From Octopus sinensis (Eukaryota), in the NCBI RefSeq assembly GCF_006345805.1, contig NW_021835999.1, forward strand, positions 306,616 to 370,615: a stretch of DNA of 64,000 nucleotides, read 5' to 3'. Under the pieces are notes generated by a model, which saw nothing but the letters and a program-made list of their open reading frames with translations, searched no databases and was not told the DNA's origin. Below are positions 14,427 through 25,518 of this stretch, in pieces (the stretch's first letter is position 1; the number at the start of each line of letters is the position of its first letter). Position numbers and translations under genes: made by a program.

Positions 14427-14774
14427 CAGTTCCTGACAAAAAAAATTGGATTTGTAATAAATCGAATTTTTTTAAAAATAAATTATAATTTAATTTTCTT
14501 ACATCATTCTTGGCAAAATTAGAATTATTTTTTTAATTTTTAAAATTATTTTTGGTTTTTAGAATTTAATTTTAAAGCAGAATTTAAAATTTTCCGGACA
14601 AAATAATTGGATTTGGACAAAAAAATTGGATTTTCGTATAAATGAAGCGTAATTCAAAAATCCATTTATCTGATAATTCTAATTTTGCCAAGAATGATGT
14701 AAGAAAATTAAATTATAATTTATTTTTAAAAAAAGTCGATTTATTACAAATCCAATTTTTTTTGTCAGGCACTG
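14427..14774. mobile_element. Complete 348-bp Tc1/mariner-type MITE with ~110-bp TIRs and TA target duplication
   Basis: TA|CAGTTCCTGACAAAAAAAATTGGATTTGTAATAAATCG... and ...CGATTTATTACAAATCCAATTTTTTTTGTCAGGCACTG|TA; no internal ORF. Confidence 0.9.
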
Positions 14775-14912
14775 TACTAATTGCCATCATTTTTGTTTTA
14801 TGACGGTAGTCTGAGATTGGTGATTTTAGAGATATCAGGCACATGCCATGTTTTGAAATAGATAATTATACATAAAATGTATTAATTGATTCTGAGTATT
14901 CTATTTGTCCTG

Positions 14913-15170
14913 TCAGATGATATCTTCAGATTACGTTTAAACGAACTTGTTCCAGTCAAGATTGCAATGCATTACTTCTTCAGGCAGACAGAGTCTGGAT
15001 TCAGATAAAGAACGATGCTTTCGACCATCTTAAATGAGGATTTGTTGACGGTTGGGGTACAACTGAATTCGGCGGACGACCTAGACAACCTCAAAGATAT
15101 TGCACGCAACAGAAAATCCTGGTAGAGACTAACGGAGTGAATCTTACGGAACAGGGCACAGAGGAGTAAT
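14913..15170 (+). mobile_element. Decayed 3' end of a LINE ORF2 (post-RT C-terminal region)
   Basis: Translation with stops: FRLRLNELVPVKIAMHYFF..GFR*RTMLSTILNEDL...DDLDNLKDIARNRKSW*RL, resembling LINE C-terminal motifs. A similar remnant lies at 42930-43250. Confidence 0.5.
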
Positions 15171-15184
15171 AATAAGTCATAATA

Positions 15185-16084
15185 TGTCGCGAGCCGAGCA
15201 AAGTCGCTTGATCTTAAACGGTATAAAATTAACTTATTTTGTAGATTTAAAAATGAAAACAATGATTTTTCTTGGTTAATGTCTGTAATAGACGTATATT
15301 CGAAATATGCGTTTACAAGGAATCTTCAAAATAAAAGTAGAGTAGAGGTGGCGAATAATCTGAATGATATTTTTATGGATTTTGGTCCCTGCAAGTTTCT
15401 CCAATCAGACAACGGAACAGAATTCAAAAATTTTCATGTGACAAAAGTATGTGAAGAGTTTTGTGTTCGACAAATACATGGAAGACCAAACAATCCCCAG
15501 AGTCAGGGAATTGTTGAACGATTTAATCAGACGGTCACAAGGAGCCTTTCAAAAATTATGAGTTTGGATGACACCAAAGAGTGGGTAAAACACATAAGAA
15601 AGACTGTGTTTTTGTACAATCAAACACCTCATTCATCTACAGGTGAATTATTTATCTTAAATTTTTTGCAGGCGTTAGCCCCTTTGAGAGATATCGTGGA
15701 ATTCCTGGATTCAATACTGTTTCAGGAAATTCTGATGTAGAGGCAGCTGAACTTCAATACACTCCCGAAACTAACAGTAAATGTTTTTATGGATTCTCCA
15801 TATTATAAGAGAATGAACAGGAAGATGGGAGTGCATGTGTCTAAATATGAATTAAACATTGGAGACATTGTATTTATTTTATAATTACTTAAAAGGTTCG
15901 CATTCAAAAAGATTATGGGACGAATCCTTCCTTGAGATTAACCAGGTTTGAACATCCATACGGGGATCCATTCACTATTGTTGCAAAATTGTCTAACAAT
16001 TTTGTCAATGTGGAAAATAGTGATGGATCAGTAATGAAAGTACATGCCAAACGACTCAAGAAGTTAGATAACAGTCAGAAATAA
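15185..16084 (+). mobile_element. rve (DDE) integrase/transposase, Ginger2/TDD- or KRBA2-like, with three spliceosomal introns; N-terminus missing; one frameshift near 15775
   Basis: LDLKR|FKNENNDFSWLMSVIDVYSKY..LQSDNGTEF..GRPNNPQSQGIVERFNQT..YNQTPHSSTG|VSPFERYRG..YYKRM..IGDI|VRIQKDYGTNP..KRLKK*. Introns of 24, 29 (15643-15671) and 26 nt (15870-15895). No RT or RNase H nearby. Confidence 0.75.
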
Positions 16085-16372
16085 TAATTGTCCTTGATCT
16101 ATCAAGTTATTTTGACATTGATTGACATTGAGTAAATTTGATTGGTCGCTTGTTTAAAAATTTGACTTTGGTACGAATCATTGGACATTGCTTCGCAAGT
16201 TAAATTCACTTTGATTTTTAAAGTGGAATTTACATTTTCTTGATTTTGGTTTTATGCAGTCAACGTCACTCTCGGCCATTATGGGAATATATATTTACTA
16301 AAATTCCAAATAAAAAATGAGATCGGCAAATCTAATCCCATTTATCAAAAACAGAGGATAATTTGAATATAA

Positions 16373-16550
16373 TTAATTAGCAGCAGAGGATAAGATGGAA
16401 TGGCAATTCCCACGCAAGATGGCTATTGATATGCGTTGGAAAAGCCATGTCCGTTCCCGATGATCATTTCTTCTTCTGCTTGCCAAATCCCCCAGTTTAA
16501 TAAGGAATTTTTTAGTTCTGGGGCCGAGGACTCCCGATGTCTCCCTTTCG
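16373..16550 (-). mobile_element. 3' fragment of a CRE-clade non-LTR retrotransposon (end of the restriction-like endonuclease)
   Basis: ETSGVLGPRTKKFLIKLG...DHRERTWLFQRISIAILRGNCHSIL matches the CRE-type ET.G..G...LFQR.S.A.QRGN motif. Confidence 0.7.
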
Positions 16551-16606
16551 TGTGACATCACAAAAAAGTATATAAACAGAAATCAACTTAGGAAAATAAT
16601 CATATA

Positions 16607-19497
16607 ATGGTTATTATCTAGATTAACAGATAGACTATACTCCTTCTATTCCTCTCACTGTCCACGGCAACGGACCTCTCTGTCTACGAAGAAACACCCG
16701 TGGGGACATTCATTGGCAACTACTGTCTTCTCTCAAAGATTTCATGCAGATTATACACCTCCCTCAGTTTTGACAAGGACATGTTATCTATTGACTTATC
16801 GGGGGATATTAAGGTTGTCATTTCTGAAGACTCACTGCTTAGGTGATACAGAGAATTGACTCCGATAGCATCCCGGGCAGAATCATCAACATCAACCTCA
16901 CTCTCAAAAAAGTCTCATTGGCGACTATCTACGATATTATTAAACTGAAGGTCATAGACATTAACGACAATCCCCCAAAATTCCCGAATGCTGGACGGAC
17001 TATTATGCTTCCCTCAATTTGCCCAGGATTTATTCTCCACTTGCCTAAGGCTGAGGACAGAGACTTGGGGATCAACGCCATTCAACGGTATGAGTTGTTG
17101 GGAAGAGGACCTTTCTCACTCACGGAAAATAGGTCGTCCCCAGTCCTCATATCTCACTCCGCCAACGCTCAAAAGTCGGTCAAACTTCGACTATTGGTAT
17201 TTGACGATCAAAAAATCGTTTTTTGGTCATTTATGGACGTTTTTATCACCTTTGGCGACTCCTACAAAGCCACGACTCAGTTCTACGACGTGGTCCTCAG
17301 TCACTCGGCCAATAAAGTGACCCCAATACTCAATGTAGGGCCCACTAAGGACTACATACAGTACATTTACAAATTAGAGGGGAACAAATACTCTATTGAC
17401 ACATATGGAACAATAATAAAGAATGATGATGAAAAAATAGTCAAAGATCAGCTAAATGTGTTAGTGGATAACACAAGGGGGGAAATTAAGTCCTATCAAG
17501 TGCAGATTGAGACTGTTGAACGAAAAAACTTGTCATTAAAATGGACTAATCAGACAAGCAAGATTTTCAACGTGCTAAGGAACACTTCCTTTATTGCTCA
17601 GTTGTGTATAAGGTGTCATGAAAATGATTTAAACGTGGAATGCAAAACCAATACTAAAAGTGTCGTTCTGGTAAGAGTTAAAAGCAACGTGTTTAATCTA
17701 ACACTCGTGGATTATTCAAATGTCATTCCCAAAATATACGTGTACGTGTATTGCACGTGGGTAGAGAATATCACAAGATATAGTATGTCGCGAGCGCAGC
17801 GCGCGACCGAGCGCTAGACGCGACTTTGACACCTAACAAGCCTATCATCAACAAATATATTTATTAAATTATTTAAAATTTTAACATGATTTAAAATTAA
17901 AATTGAAATAACTTAAGTTTTCCATTGAATCCCATAAAATAATTTATAAGTAGACCTTAATAGAAAAAGTAAAATCAATGAATACTGAACGCTAATTTGG
18001 TTTAGGTTGTGAGGGGGGTAATAATTTGACAGATCTCATTGCTATTTTTTCGTTTTAATCTCTAAAATTAGGTCTTCTAATCAAAAATGAACTGTGCAGA
18101 CAGGCTTGCTCCTTCAGAAGATTCTTGTTTTGACATTTTTATAAATTATGAAGCATTTAGATTTTTTCTCATTATTCTAAAATATCAATTATAAATTTTA
18201 AAATATTATTTTTATTTATGAAATCGGTTTTAAAGCTCATTCTGCTTTGGCATCGATTTTAATTTTTGTTATCGAATATATTTAATCCCAAATACAAGCC
18301 TGGGTATTTGTCAATTTATAGATTTTTTGGTTGATCGGATCTAGAAATTGAGTGGTCGCTCGCTGCGCTCGCGACATAGTACATGGTACCCACATGAGGA
18401 AACGTCGACAGACATTGTTCAAGTTTGAATTATTTTATTCAAATAGATATTTCCCAAAGATGACCAAGTACCTCAATTATTGAGAATTTATGAAGACATG
18501 CCTTTAGCCACCATTGCCTTGTTGGGAGTGGATAATGCGTTTGAAATAGAAACAAATGACTACTTTTATTGCCATCAAGTGTTTCGCAAAGAAAATAAGT
18601 TGGGTGCTTCAAAGTCGGGTCGCGGAAAATTTTCGACAGGGAAAAACTGGACAGCCTCACTATAGGTTTTCTCTTTTTGAACAAAACGATCAATCCTTTG
18701 ACAATCAGAATACTGGACTTGAATGAATATCCCCCCGTCTTCAGAAATAAAAGCTGTGGCATTTCGATCAAGTTGGATACTCCGTCGGAACTTGAGTTGG
18801 CGAGAGTGTTGGCAGAAGATGAGGACATAGGACCCGACAGGGACATATGGTATAGAATGATGTCTGTGGAGAATATGAGTGATTACAACAAAAGCCACGG
18901 GATGTTCTCCATTGATTTGAGTACTGGGCGACTGAGAACAAACAAAAAAATAAACAGGACGGGGTATTTCCTCGTGAACCTCCGAGCCTCTGACTCAGGA
19001 CCCCAGAATTTGTTTGCGGATTTACACTGTCTCGTCCAAGTCGTTGATCTTTCTTCCGTTTTTGTGTATTCCTACAAAGGAAGTGTACTGGGACTATCTT
19101 CGACCATCGAATCGTCGAACATTCAAGTGGGAGATGTTTTCCTACAAAATTCACGTTTCACATATGAATTCACTTTTTTGTCGTTAATGACACGAATGGA
19201 CATTTCCGATGTGACCCCGATTCTGGGAATGTGACTTTGGTTAAGCAAATGTCTCCTGGCGACTATTTGAGGTTGACCATCAAAGCTGTTTTCCGTGCCA
19301 ATCCCTCCTTGTGGACGCTGTACTCCGTAGATTTGTTCTTACGGAATCCAATGGTGAGCGGATTGAGTGCCACTTTCCTGTCAGTTCTTGTCGTAGTTTT
19401 GATAATTTGTGTCGGGTTAGTGTGCTTGGGGGTCTATCTGTATCGAAAGCACAGATCACCTCGAAAAATAGAGGTGAAATTTACATCTACCCTATAA
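16607..19497 (+). CDS. Protocadherin-like single-pass cadherin; interrupted in an exon by a 591-bp MITE, plus two probable 1-nt frameshifts (~18600 and ~19175)
   Basis: ATG|24-nt intron|TILLLFLSLSTATD (signal peptide). Cadherin motifs YEETPVGTFIG, DINDNPPKF, AEDRDLGINA, FDREK, DLNEYPPVF, AEDEDIGPD, ASDSG, GHFRCDPDSGNV. TM segment FLSVLVVVLIICVGLVCLGVYLY followed by RKHR. Confidence 0.8.
17786..18376. mobile_element. Non-autonomous TIR element (TGT...ACA termini, 5-bp TSD TAGTA), Ginger2-like by termini
   Basis: Left TGTCGCGAGCGCAGCGCGCGACC; right end reverse complement TGTCGCGAGCGCAGCGAGCGACC. TAGTA at 17781-17785 and 18377-18381. Removing it restores the frame RYS-TWYPHEETSTDIVQ. Confidence 0.88.
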
Positions 19498-19908
19498 CGA
19501 CACACCGAGTAATTATAACTAATTATTTTTATTATGTGTAATTTATGGATTTGTAGTCCGATTATAACAGTGGTATTTGCTGGTGAGAATATCCAAAGTT
19601 GTGCTTAAAAAATCCAGGACTTTGAATACACGAAAATAGCATAAATTCAATTAGTTTATGAGTCTGTAATTTCTTGCATTGACAGACAGTATTCGCATGT
19701 CTTTTAACCTTATAAATTCGGTTCTACATGAAATGACAAGCCAAAAATACAAAGATTTAATAAAGAATATGATTGTTTTTATTGATTAAAGCAAAGATGA
19801 AAAACGAATTTTTGATATGCGAAAAGTCTTTTTCTAACGAGGCTATGAAGCCTTCTATAAGTTAGCAATTAAGAAAAGTTCATTTTTATATTTTATGAAA
19901 ATATAGGT

Positions 19909-20400
19909 TCATCCAAATAAATCCAACCAGCCGCTTGCGTTTTTCAAAACTGGATCCATTAATTGTTCTTTTCCAGAAATCGTGAGTGTTTTTATTTTAT
20001 AATTTTCCTTAAAACGTGAAATCCGCGGGTGAGATGTGTTGAAATTTTCAATATAAAATCGCTGAGATATTTTAAGTGCCATTTCGCGTATCATTTCATT
20101 AGTTATGGTGTGATCACAAAACATCCATTTGTTTTGTGATTAAATAAATATTTCTTTATTCCAACCTTATGAATGGAAAAACAACCTCCTCATGGATTAA
20201 GTTGAGAGGAATATGGTGTATCAAATCTTCGTATAGAATGTTCTCTTTCTTTATGCATTGGAGCATTATTCATATAAATAATTTCATCTCCAGCTAAATT
20301 GTTATATAATGTCATAAAATTTATAAAATTCATAAATTTAACACTGTTATCCGTATGTCTAATCGTAGCATCCCTTTTACTTCCACGTTTACCAACATAC
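19909..20400 (-). mobile_element. Decayed DNA-transposon remnants: a pogo/Tigger CENP-B-type HTH and an IS630/Tc1-type DDE fragment
   Basis: ITNEMIREMALKISQRF..FNTSHPRISRFKENYKI..ISG (pogo-like). EIIYMNNAPMH...TPYSSQLNP* (resembles MDNAP.H..PYSP.LNPIE). Confidence 0.5.
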
Positions 20401-20511
20401 GTATTTCCACTTTTTACAATGGTTATAGCTGTTGTTCTCTTTACACTAAGATCATACCCACTTCATCTTTATTTATAAAATCTCTTCTCGTAGTTTCTGA
20501 TATTCTTGAAT

Positions 20512-20739
20512 TATAGGGTTTCTCGAGCTTTAACGTCGAAAGCGCAAGCATTAGTGTTGACACATCAATTATTAATGTTGACACATCAATTATTAATGTT
20601 GACACTTCAAGCGTTAGTGTTAATTCTCGCATATATAAGTAAGAATTAACGTTTTTCGCGAAATTCTGTTTTGGAGAGCTATATGTCGACAAAAAAAAAT
20701 ACTATATTTTTTCGACGTTGAAGCTCGGAAAACCCTATA
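20512..20739. mobile_element. ~228-bp MITE-like element with 30-bp imperfect TIRs and an internal 21-bp tandem repeat
   Basis: TATAGGGTTTCTCGAGCTTTAACGTCGAAA versus reverse complement of 20710-20739 TATAGGGTTTTCCGAGCTTCAACGTCGAAA (3 mismatches). GTTGACACATCAATTATTAAT occurs about 2.5 times at 20556-20610. Confidence 0.65.
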
Positions 20740-21036
20740 TGTTTGACATAAAATTGATTTCAAAAAGACAAATCAAGAAATATAAAATAAATGTGAAATC
20801 GGCAAAATATAAAAATGTCATAATTGAGTGTCGCATAATCAAAATGTAATGTAGTATTGTTAAAATTGATATAAAAAATGTAGGAATTGAATACCGCATT
20901 ATTGTAAAATCTGATGTAAAAATGTCAAAATGGAATATCGCATACTCAATATTGGATATCGCAAAGTAATAGATATAAAAAATGTCAGAATTGAATTAAA
21001 ATGGTATAGTAACGATCGAAATGAGTATTAGATTAA

Positions 21037-22219
21037 TTAGTCAAGCCGATCGATGACGGCAGCAGTAAACTGCGAACAAGTACTAGAGCCTCCCAAGTCG
21101 TTGGTAAGAGCCTAAGGTGTAAAAAAGCAAAGAAACCGAGGCATCCTGAATGGCACGGAAGCAGGCCCGTTCGATCCGGTCTGCGTGGTCGGGAAGGTTG
21201 AGATATCGGAGCATCATGCAACTACTGAGGAGAAGAGCAGTGGGATTGGCCAAGTCACGTCCTGCAATGTCGGGAGCAGTTCCATGCACTGACTCGAATA
21301 TGGCCCCATCTTCGCCAATGTTGCCACTGGGAGTGACCCCCAGTCCACCGATAAGACCCGCACACAAGTCACTGCAGTAATTAAATTGAACAACCTAAGA
21401 ATATCCCCGTACAAATTGGGCATGAGCAGCAAATCAAAGTTGGAAGGATTCTGGACCATCTACAGTAGGAAAGGAGAAGTACATTTAGACAGACTTTGTC
21501 GAGGTAGATCTCGCTGAAGGGAACGTCTGGGTTGTCGGCGGCTGCCCTGCGACAACACTTGAGGAAGAGCCCGTCAGACATTCGCCTAGGAGTGAATAGT
21601 CAAAACAAACATTATATTGGCCTTGTGGACTGCTGTCACTCCACTGCGGTTGTTCTCTCGGGCATATTTGAAAGCAAAATCTGCCACCCGACGAGAGGCG
21701 GACTCAGTAATGAGTTTGATGCTCTGAACAACCCCCGGAGTGACGACGTGTTCTATTCCACTATATTCCCCCTCCGTGTTTTCACGGATAGTGACAATAT
21801 CCACGTTCTCATACGCCGTCTTGTACCCGGCCAACGACCTGCAGGGTCTCACATTAGCATATAAATTGAATGTCCTACGATTCCTCTCAATACACCCACT
21901 TGCGGAGGAGCAGGTTGAGGGACTTGTGACCCTTCCCAATGGGCGTGGCCAGTGGACCCTTCAGTCCCACCTTCGTCCTGGTCATCGACTCGACGCACTC
22001 CTTGGGAATGTTGTACGATCCATCAATGGATTGGACGGGGGTCACGGCCACAGTCTCCCATTCGATGGGGGCCTGTCTCCTCAGAGGTGATCAACCTGTG
22101 CCGCCGAGAATATCTTTTGGACTGACGCGGATATTTCAGGGCCGATTCCGTCCCCAGGGATGAGAGTGACCGTCCGGAGTGCCTGCAATATTTGACTATG
22201 TACATACTCCACGAAACAT
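21037..22219 (-). CDS. IDH3A: NAD-dependent isocitrate dehydrogenase subunit alpha, multi-exon
   Basis: MFRG|[113 protein letters not shown]. Confidence 0.93.
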
Positions 22220-23325
22220 TACTTTTATCTTGATTTTATTAGAAAATAACAATACAATATATTTAGTGTTGTACTGAGAAAATGTTTAGGCAATTGTAGA
22301 CATGTTCAGTATGGACACCTCACTTGCATCCCAATCTGCAATTTGTACATTTTCTAAGTCATTCAAGAACAGTTTCAGATTAAAATCAGAGTTCGATCTT
22401 GCCAGTTGAGTGAAATGTCCTTACTCCCCACCTCAAATTCCACTTAAGAATGATGTCTTCTTAATCAATTAACATGAGAAAACTCCGCAAACTAAATTTC
22501 TAATTAAAAAGTTTTTTAGACAAAGAAGTGGAGAAAATATCCTAATCATTGATATCTGGAAGAAAAGTCAATTTCTTGAGCTTAATATTCCTCATTTGTA
22601 TGTGAGATGGATTCGATCAACATACAACTGTCGGGGCTTCCCTTCGTCCCCCCTGCAATTGTACGCTTTCTCTTTACTTCAGGCTGCCAGTTCAAACCCG
22701 AAATTGGGACAGAATTGGGTCCTCAAATGGCTGTACTCGTTTGCCTTAATATCTGCAAAAAGAGCGTAGTTACACAGACTCTCATATAGCCCTCAAACAC
22801 TCTTCCTTCTTAATAGCTCAAAGTTAGAAAAGAATAAGGCCATTTTATCGACAAGATAGTAAAACGAGAAGCACGGCTCCTCCTCCCTACACATCAGCAA
22901 CGGATCCTTCTTGATCTTAAAGCTAATAAAGGTCTATGACCGGTTTTCAACACAGTAGACTCGTTTGTAAGAGTCAGTCCGACAGAAATAAGCAACATTA
23001 TAATGAAGTCTGAGGGCAACGTTAGAAGTCTGAGGGCTTATTCATTTTATATCTGTCTAGAACTAAAAAGATATGATTGCCTTTTCAAGATAAGATAGTT
23101 CAGTATTAGAAATTTTTTTTTGTAAGCAGTAATTGAGGGCAACAACACGCATTTCTAAACACGTTCCAACTTTTCGGGGTGGGGTTACATAGTGAGCTAC
23201 TCTGCAGAGGGAGGGGGGCCATTTTCTATTGGACTTGCACGAATACTTGCTATTTCTGTCCATATTACAACAAGCTAGTATTGAAAATAATTTATTAAAC
23301 TAAATAATAATAACTAGGCAACCTC

Positions 23326-23512
23326 ATGTCAACTGGTCAGTCACTCTCATCTACCACAACCTACTCGGTCGACACATTGGTGGGGAATTGGGTGGAGGAC
23401 AGGAGGGACGAGCACTACAGAAGGCGACAACCCCTATCTAATGTAATGTGTATAAACATTGCAGTACGACCACTACTATGAGACCACCTACGCGAGGGAC
23501 TACAATTATTAA
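23326..23512 (+). CDS. CFAP68: Miniature CFAP68/C11orf1 (UPF0686)-like ciliary protein, 54 aa, two exons; absent from the ORF track
   Basis: MSTGQSLSSTTTYSVDTLVGNWVEDRRDEHYRRRQPLSN|YDHYYETTYARDYNY*, with a 22-nt GT-AG intron at 23443-23464. Matches the C11orf1 core TYS..TL.GNW..ER...HY.ETTY...YN as I recall it. Confidence 0.75.
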
Positions 23513-23832
23513 CATAATAAAGGAGTAACACGAGAATAAATAATTATACTAATACTGAAGAGGGGGAGAGGAGACCTTGGCATCCACGGTTCCTCTTTCT
23601 TGCAGAAGATATCCCAGCAAGCATTGATGACATTGTCGACGACCATGTTGTTCACATTGTAGGCAATGAGTTTGAAGATGAAGAAATCGTCATTCTTCAT
23701 GTAGTCATTTACGAACAGACAGAGAAGGGAGGGATTCTGACTGACCTTTCGGATGTAGCTGCCGACATAGCAAGTCCTTTGTCGAAAAGATATGAAGTAA
23801 TATAGCCAGTTGAGACAAGAATCGAATTTCGC
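23509..23832 (-). pseudogene. Innexin C-terminal fragment (post-TM4 tail); upstream exons not found in the window
   Basis: Open frame CLNWLYYFISFRQRTCYVGSYIRK..LFVNDYMKNDDFFIFKLIAYNVNNMVVDNVINACWDIF aligns in register with the spiralian innexin tail F...YLRQDGVF.LRLI..N......E....LW. Confidence 0.6.
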
Positions 23833-24329
23833 TTAGTTTTCACTTCTTGGCACTCTAAAATGGAGTTTTTTTGTGTTCCCAAACAGTGCGTAAGTCTGTG
23901 ATACAAATGTGCCTCTTTATCCAGGCATCTGAACGTATTGCTAAATGAGAGGCCATTTGTCCTCTACAGGAATAAAGGCATTTTTTGCGTCGCCTTCCAA
24001 TAATCCAAATGTTTTCCACAATAAATTTTTAAAAATAAGACATTGGACCATCTCCTGAGAAAAAAGACGACTTTGTTTCGTTAGTGTTTTAAAAGGAGCT
24101 ATCCCAATGGGAATCTGGATGCCTATCCACTACATTACGTTGAATTGCAAGACCTAGCTTAGGATCACCATCTGGAGGGTACAAAAAACCTCATCAATTG
24201 AGTGAATTTATATAGGAAACCAAAATTTTTTAAGAGTGTTCATGACTAGTGCAGGCATATCTCCATAAAGAACAAGGTTTAAAGAGAGAGTCGTGCAGTT
24301 ATATTCGACAAAAAGCTGCGGTATTCTAA

Positions 24330-24850
24330 AGCTCCCATTGGAATATCAAGTTTTTTAGTCTCAGTTGAGCGAGCAATGACACAGCCATTATTGTTGGAAA
24401 GAATTATAAGAGGCGATGAAATTTTCCTGGTGAATTATGCAATAATATTCAATGGATAAAAATTATTTTCAGCTCTCCATTGTCTCATAGGATAGAAGCA
24501 CCTCCATTTGTTGACACAGAAATTAACTTCGAAGGATCAGACTTGTTTCTTCGAGAGCTCGACAAAGTGCTTGAAATATGTCCACTCCTTTTCCAGATAG
24601 GTGAAGTGACGATAATGACAAAAATTCTTCATATTAAAATTCGGTAAAACTACTCTAACAAAACAACTAGTTGTTCCGTATTGGTTATATCTTTGGAACA
24701 ATCCAGAGCCAAAGAAACAACAAACAAATTCTTTTGCAGCACGAATAATAATTTACTTCAACATAGAGTCGAATTTGGAAGAAATCTGCAGACAATGTCG
24801 TTCGATACGTTTTTAATGTGTTTCGCGTCGCATAGAATATACGCGTAATG
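24330..24850 (-). mobile_element. Decayed hAT (Buster/GTF2IRD2-type) transposase
   Basis: Frame-broken motifs SLALDCSKDITNTEQL, EEFLSL..GKGVDIFQAL, KLISVSTNGGAS and YCIIHQE, corresponding to SLALDESTD, TDGA and CIIHQE. Confidence 0.7.
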
Positions 24851-25518
24851 TAGAAGTAATTTTACAATGGGATGCTGATCTTCCTGTAATCTTTAAATTC
24901 AATTTTTTTCGATTCATTCTTAGTTTTGTAAAAGTATTCTTTTGATTAATGAGGAAAAACGTTGAGTTACTTTTTTTGAAGCACCGGATCTTGTCGATAA
25001 TAAAAGTTCCGTGTTGTATAAATAGGTAATAACATTCCAAACAGTACTTTGTGGGTAATATCAGCAAACAAGAAGTCTCTCCATAACTTTTACCTCTTCG
25101 GTATGCCGTTATAACTAATTTTTTTTTGATATTTTAATTGTTATTTATAAATTAAAAAGGACGTGAAAAGATAGCTAAGCTAATTACTGGCCTTACGAGA
25201 CACCCGGCCAGCCTCACTAATTGTTTGTTTTAGGTTCAGAAAATTTGCTTTTCTCGTCGACTTGATAATTTGAAAAATGAAATTGTATTTATAATAATCA
25301 GTATTTATTAATCAATTGTATTGAAATTACGTCTAATAAATCATTTAAAAATAAAAGAAGCTACCACAAGATAATCATTTATATCTTATTGCAAAAAAAT
25401 CCATATTTTTTTGATAGTCACATTACTTTTTTACACACAAAATTTGACATTTTTCAATTTAACTGGAGTTTCAATGATATTTATTTGAAATTCATGAAAA
25501 TAATTAATAGAAAATAGG

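Larger units (their letters stand above)
1648..14729. repeat. Direct tandem segmental duplication, unit ~6.54 kb (copy A 1648-8185, copy B 8186-14729)
   Basis: AATCAATCGAGCC starts at both 1648 and 8186 (offset 6538). ORF translations repeat at this offset throughout. Both units end in the same MITE sequence (...TTATTTTTAA). Confidence 0.97.

Noticed and set aside
17783-18379. Exact introner-like splicing of the MITE using TSD-derived GT and AG
   Set aside because: The G of TAGTA is shared by both signals, so splicing leaves TATA instead of TAGTA and frameshifts. Only the cryptic-donor variant is kept as a hypothesis.
22480-23000. Weak RT-like string (FLILKLIKVYDRF) in a moderately GC-rich stretch
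   Set aside because: No other RT motifs in register; cannot be supported.
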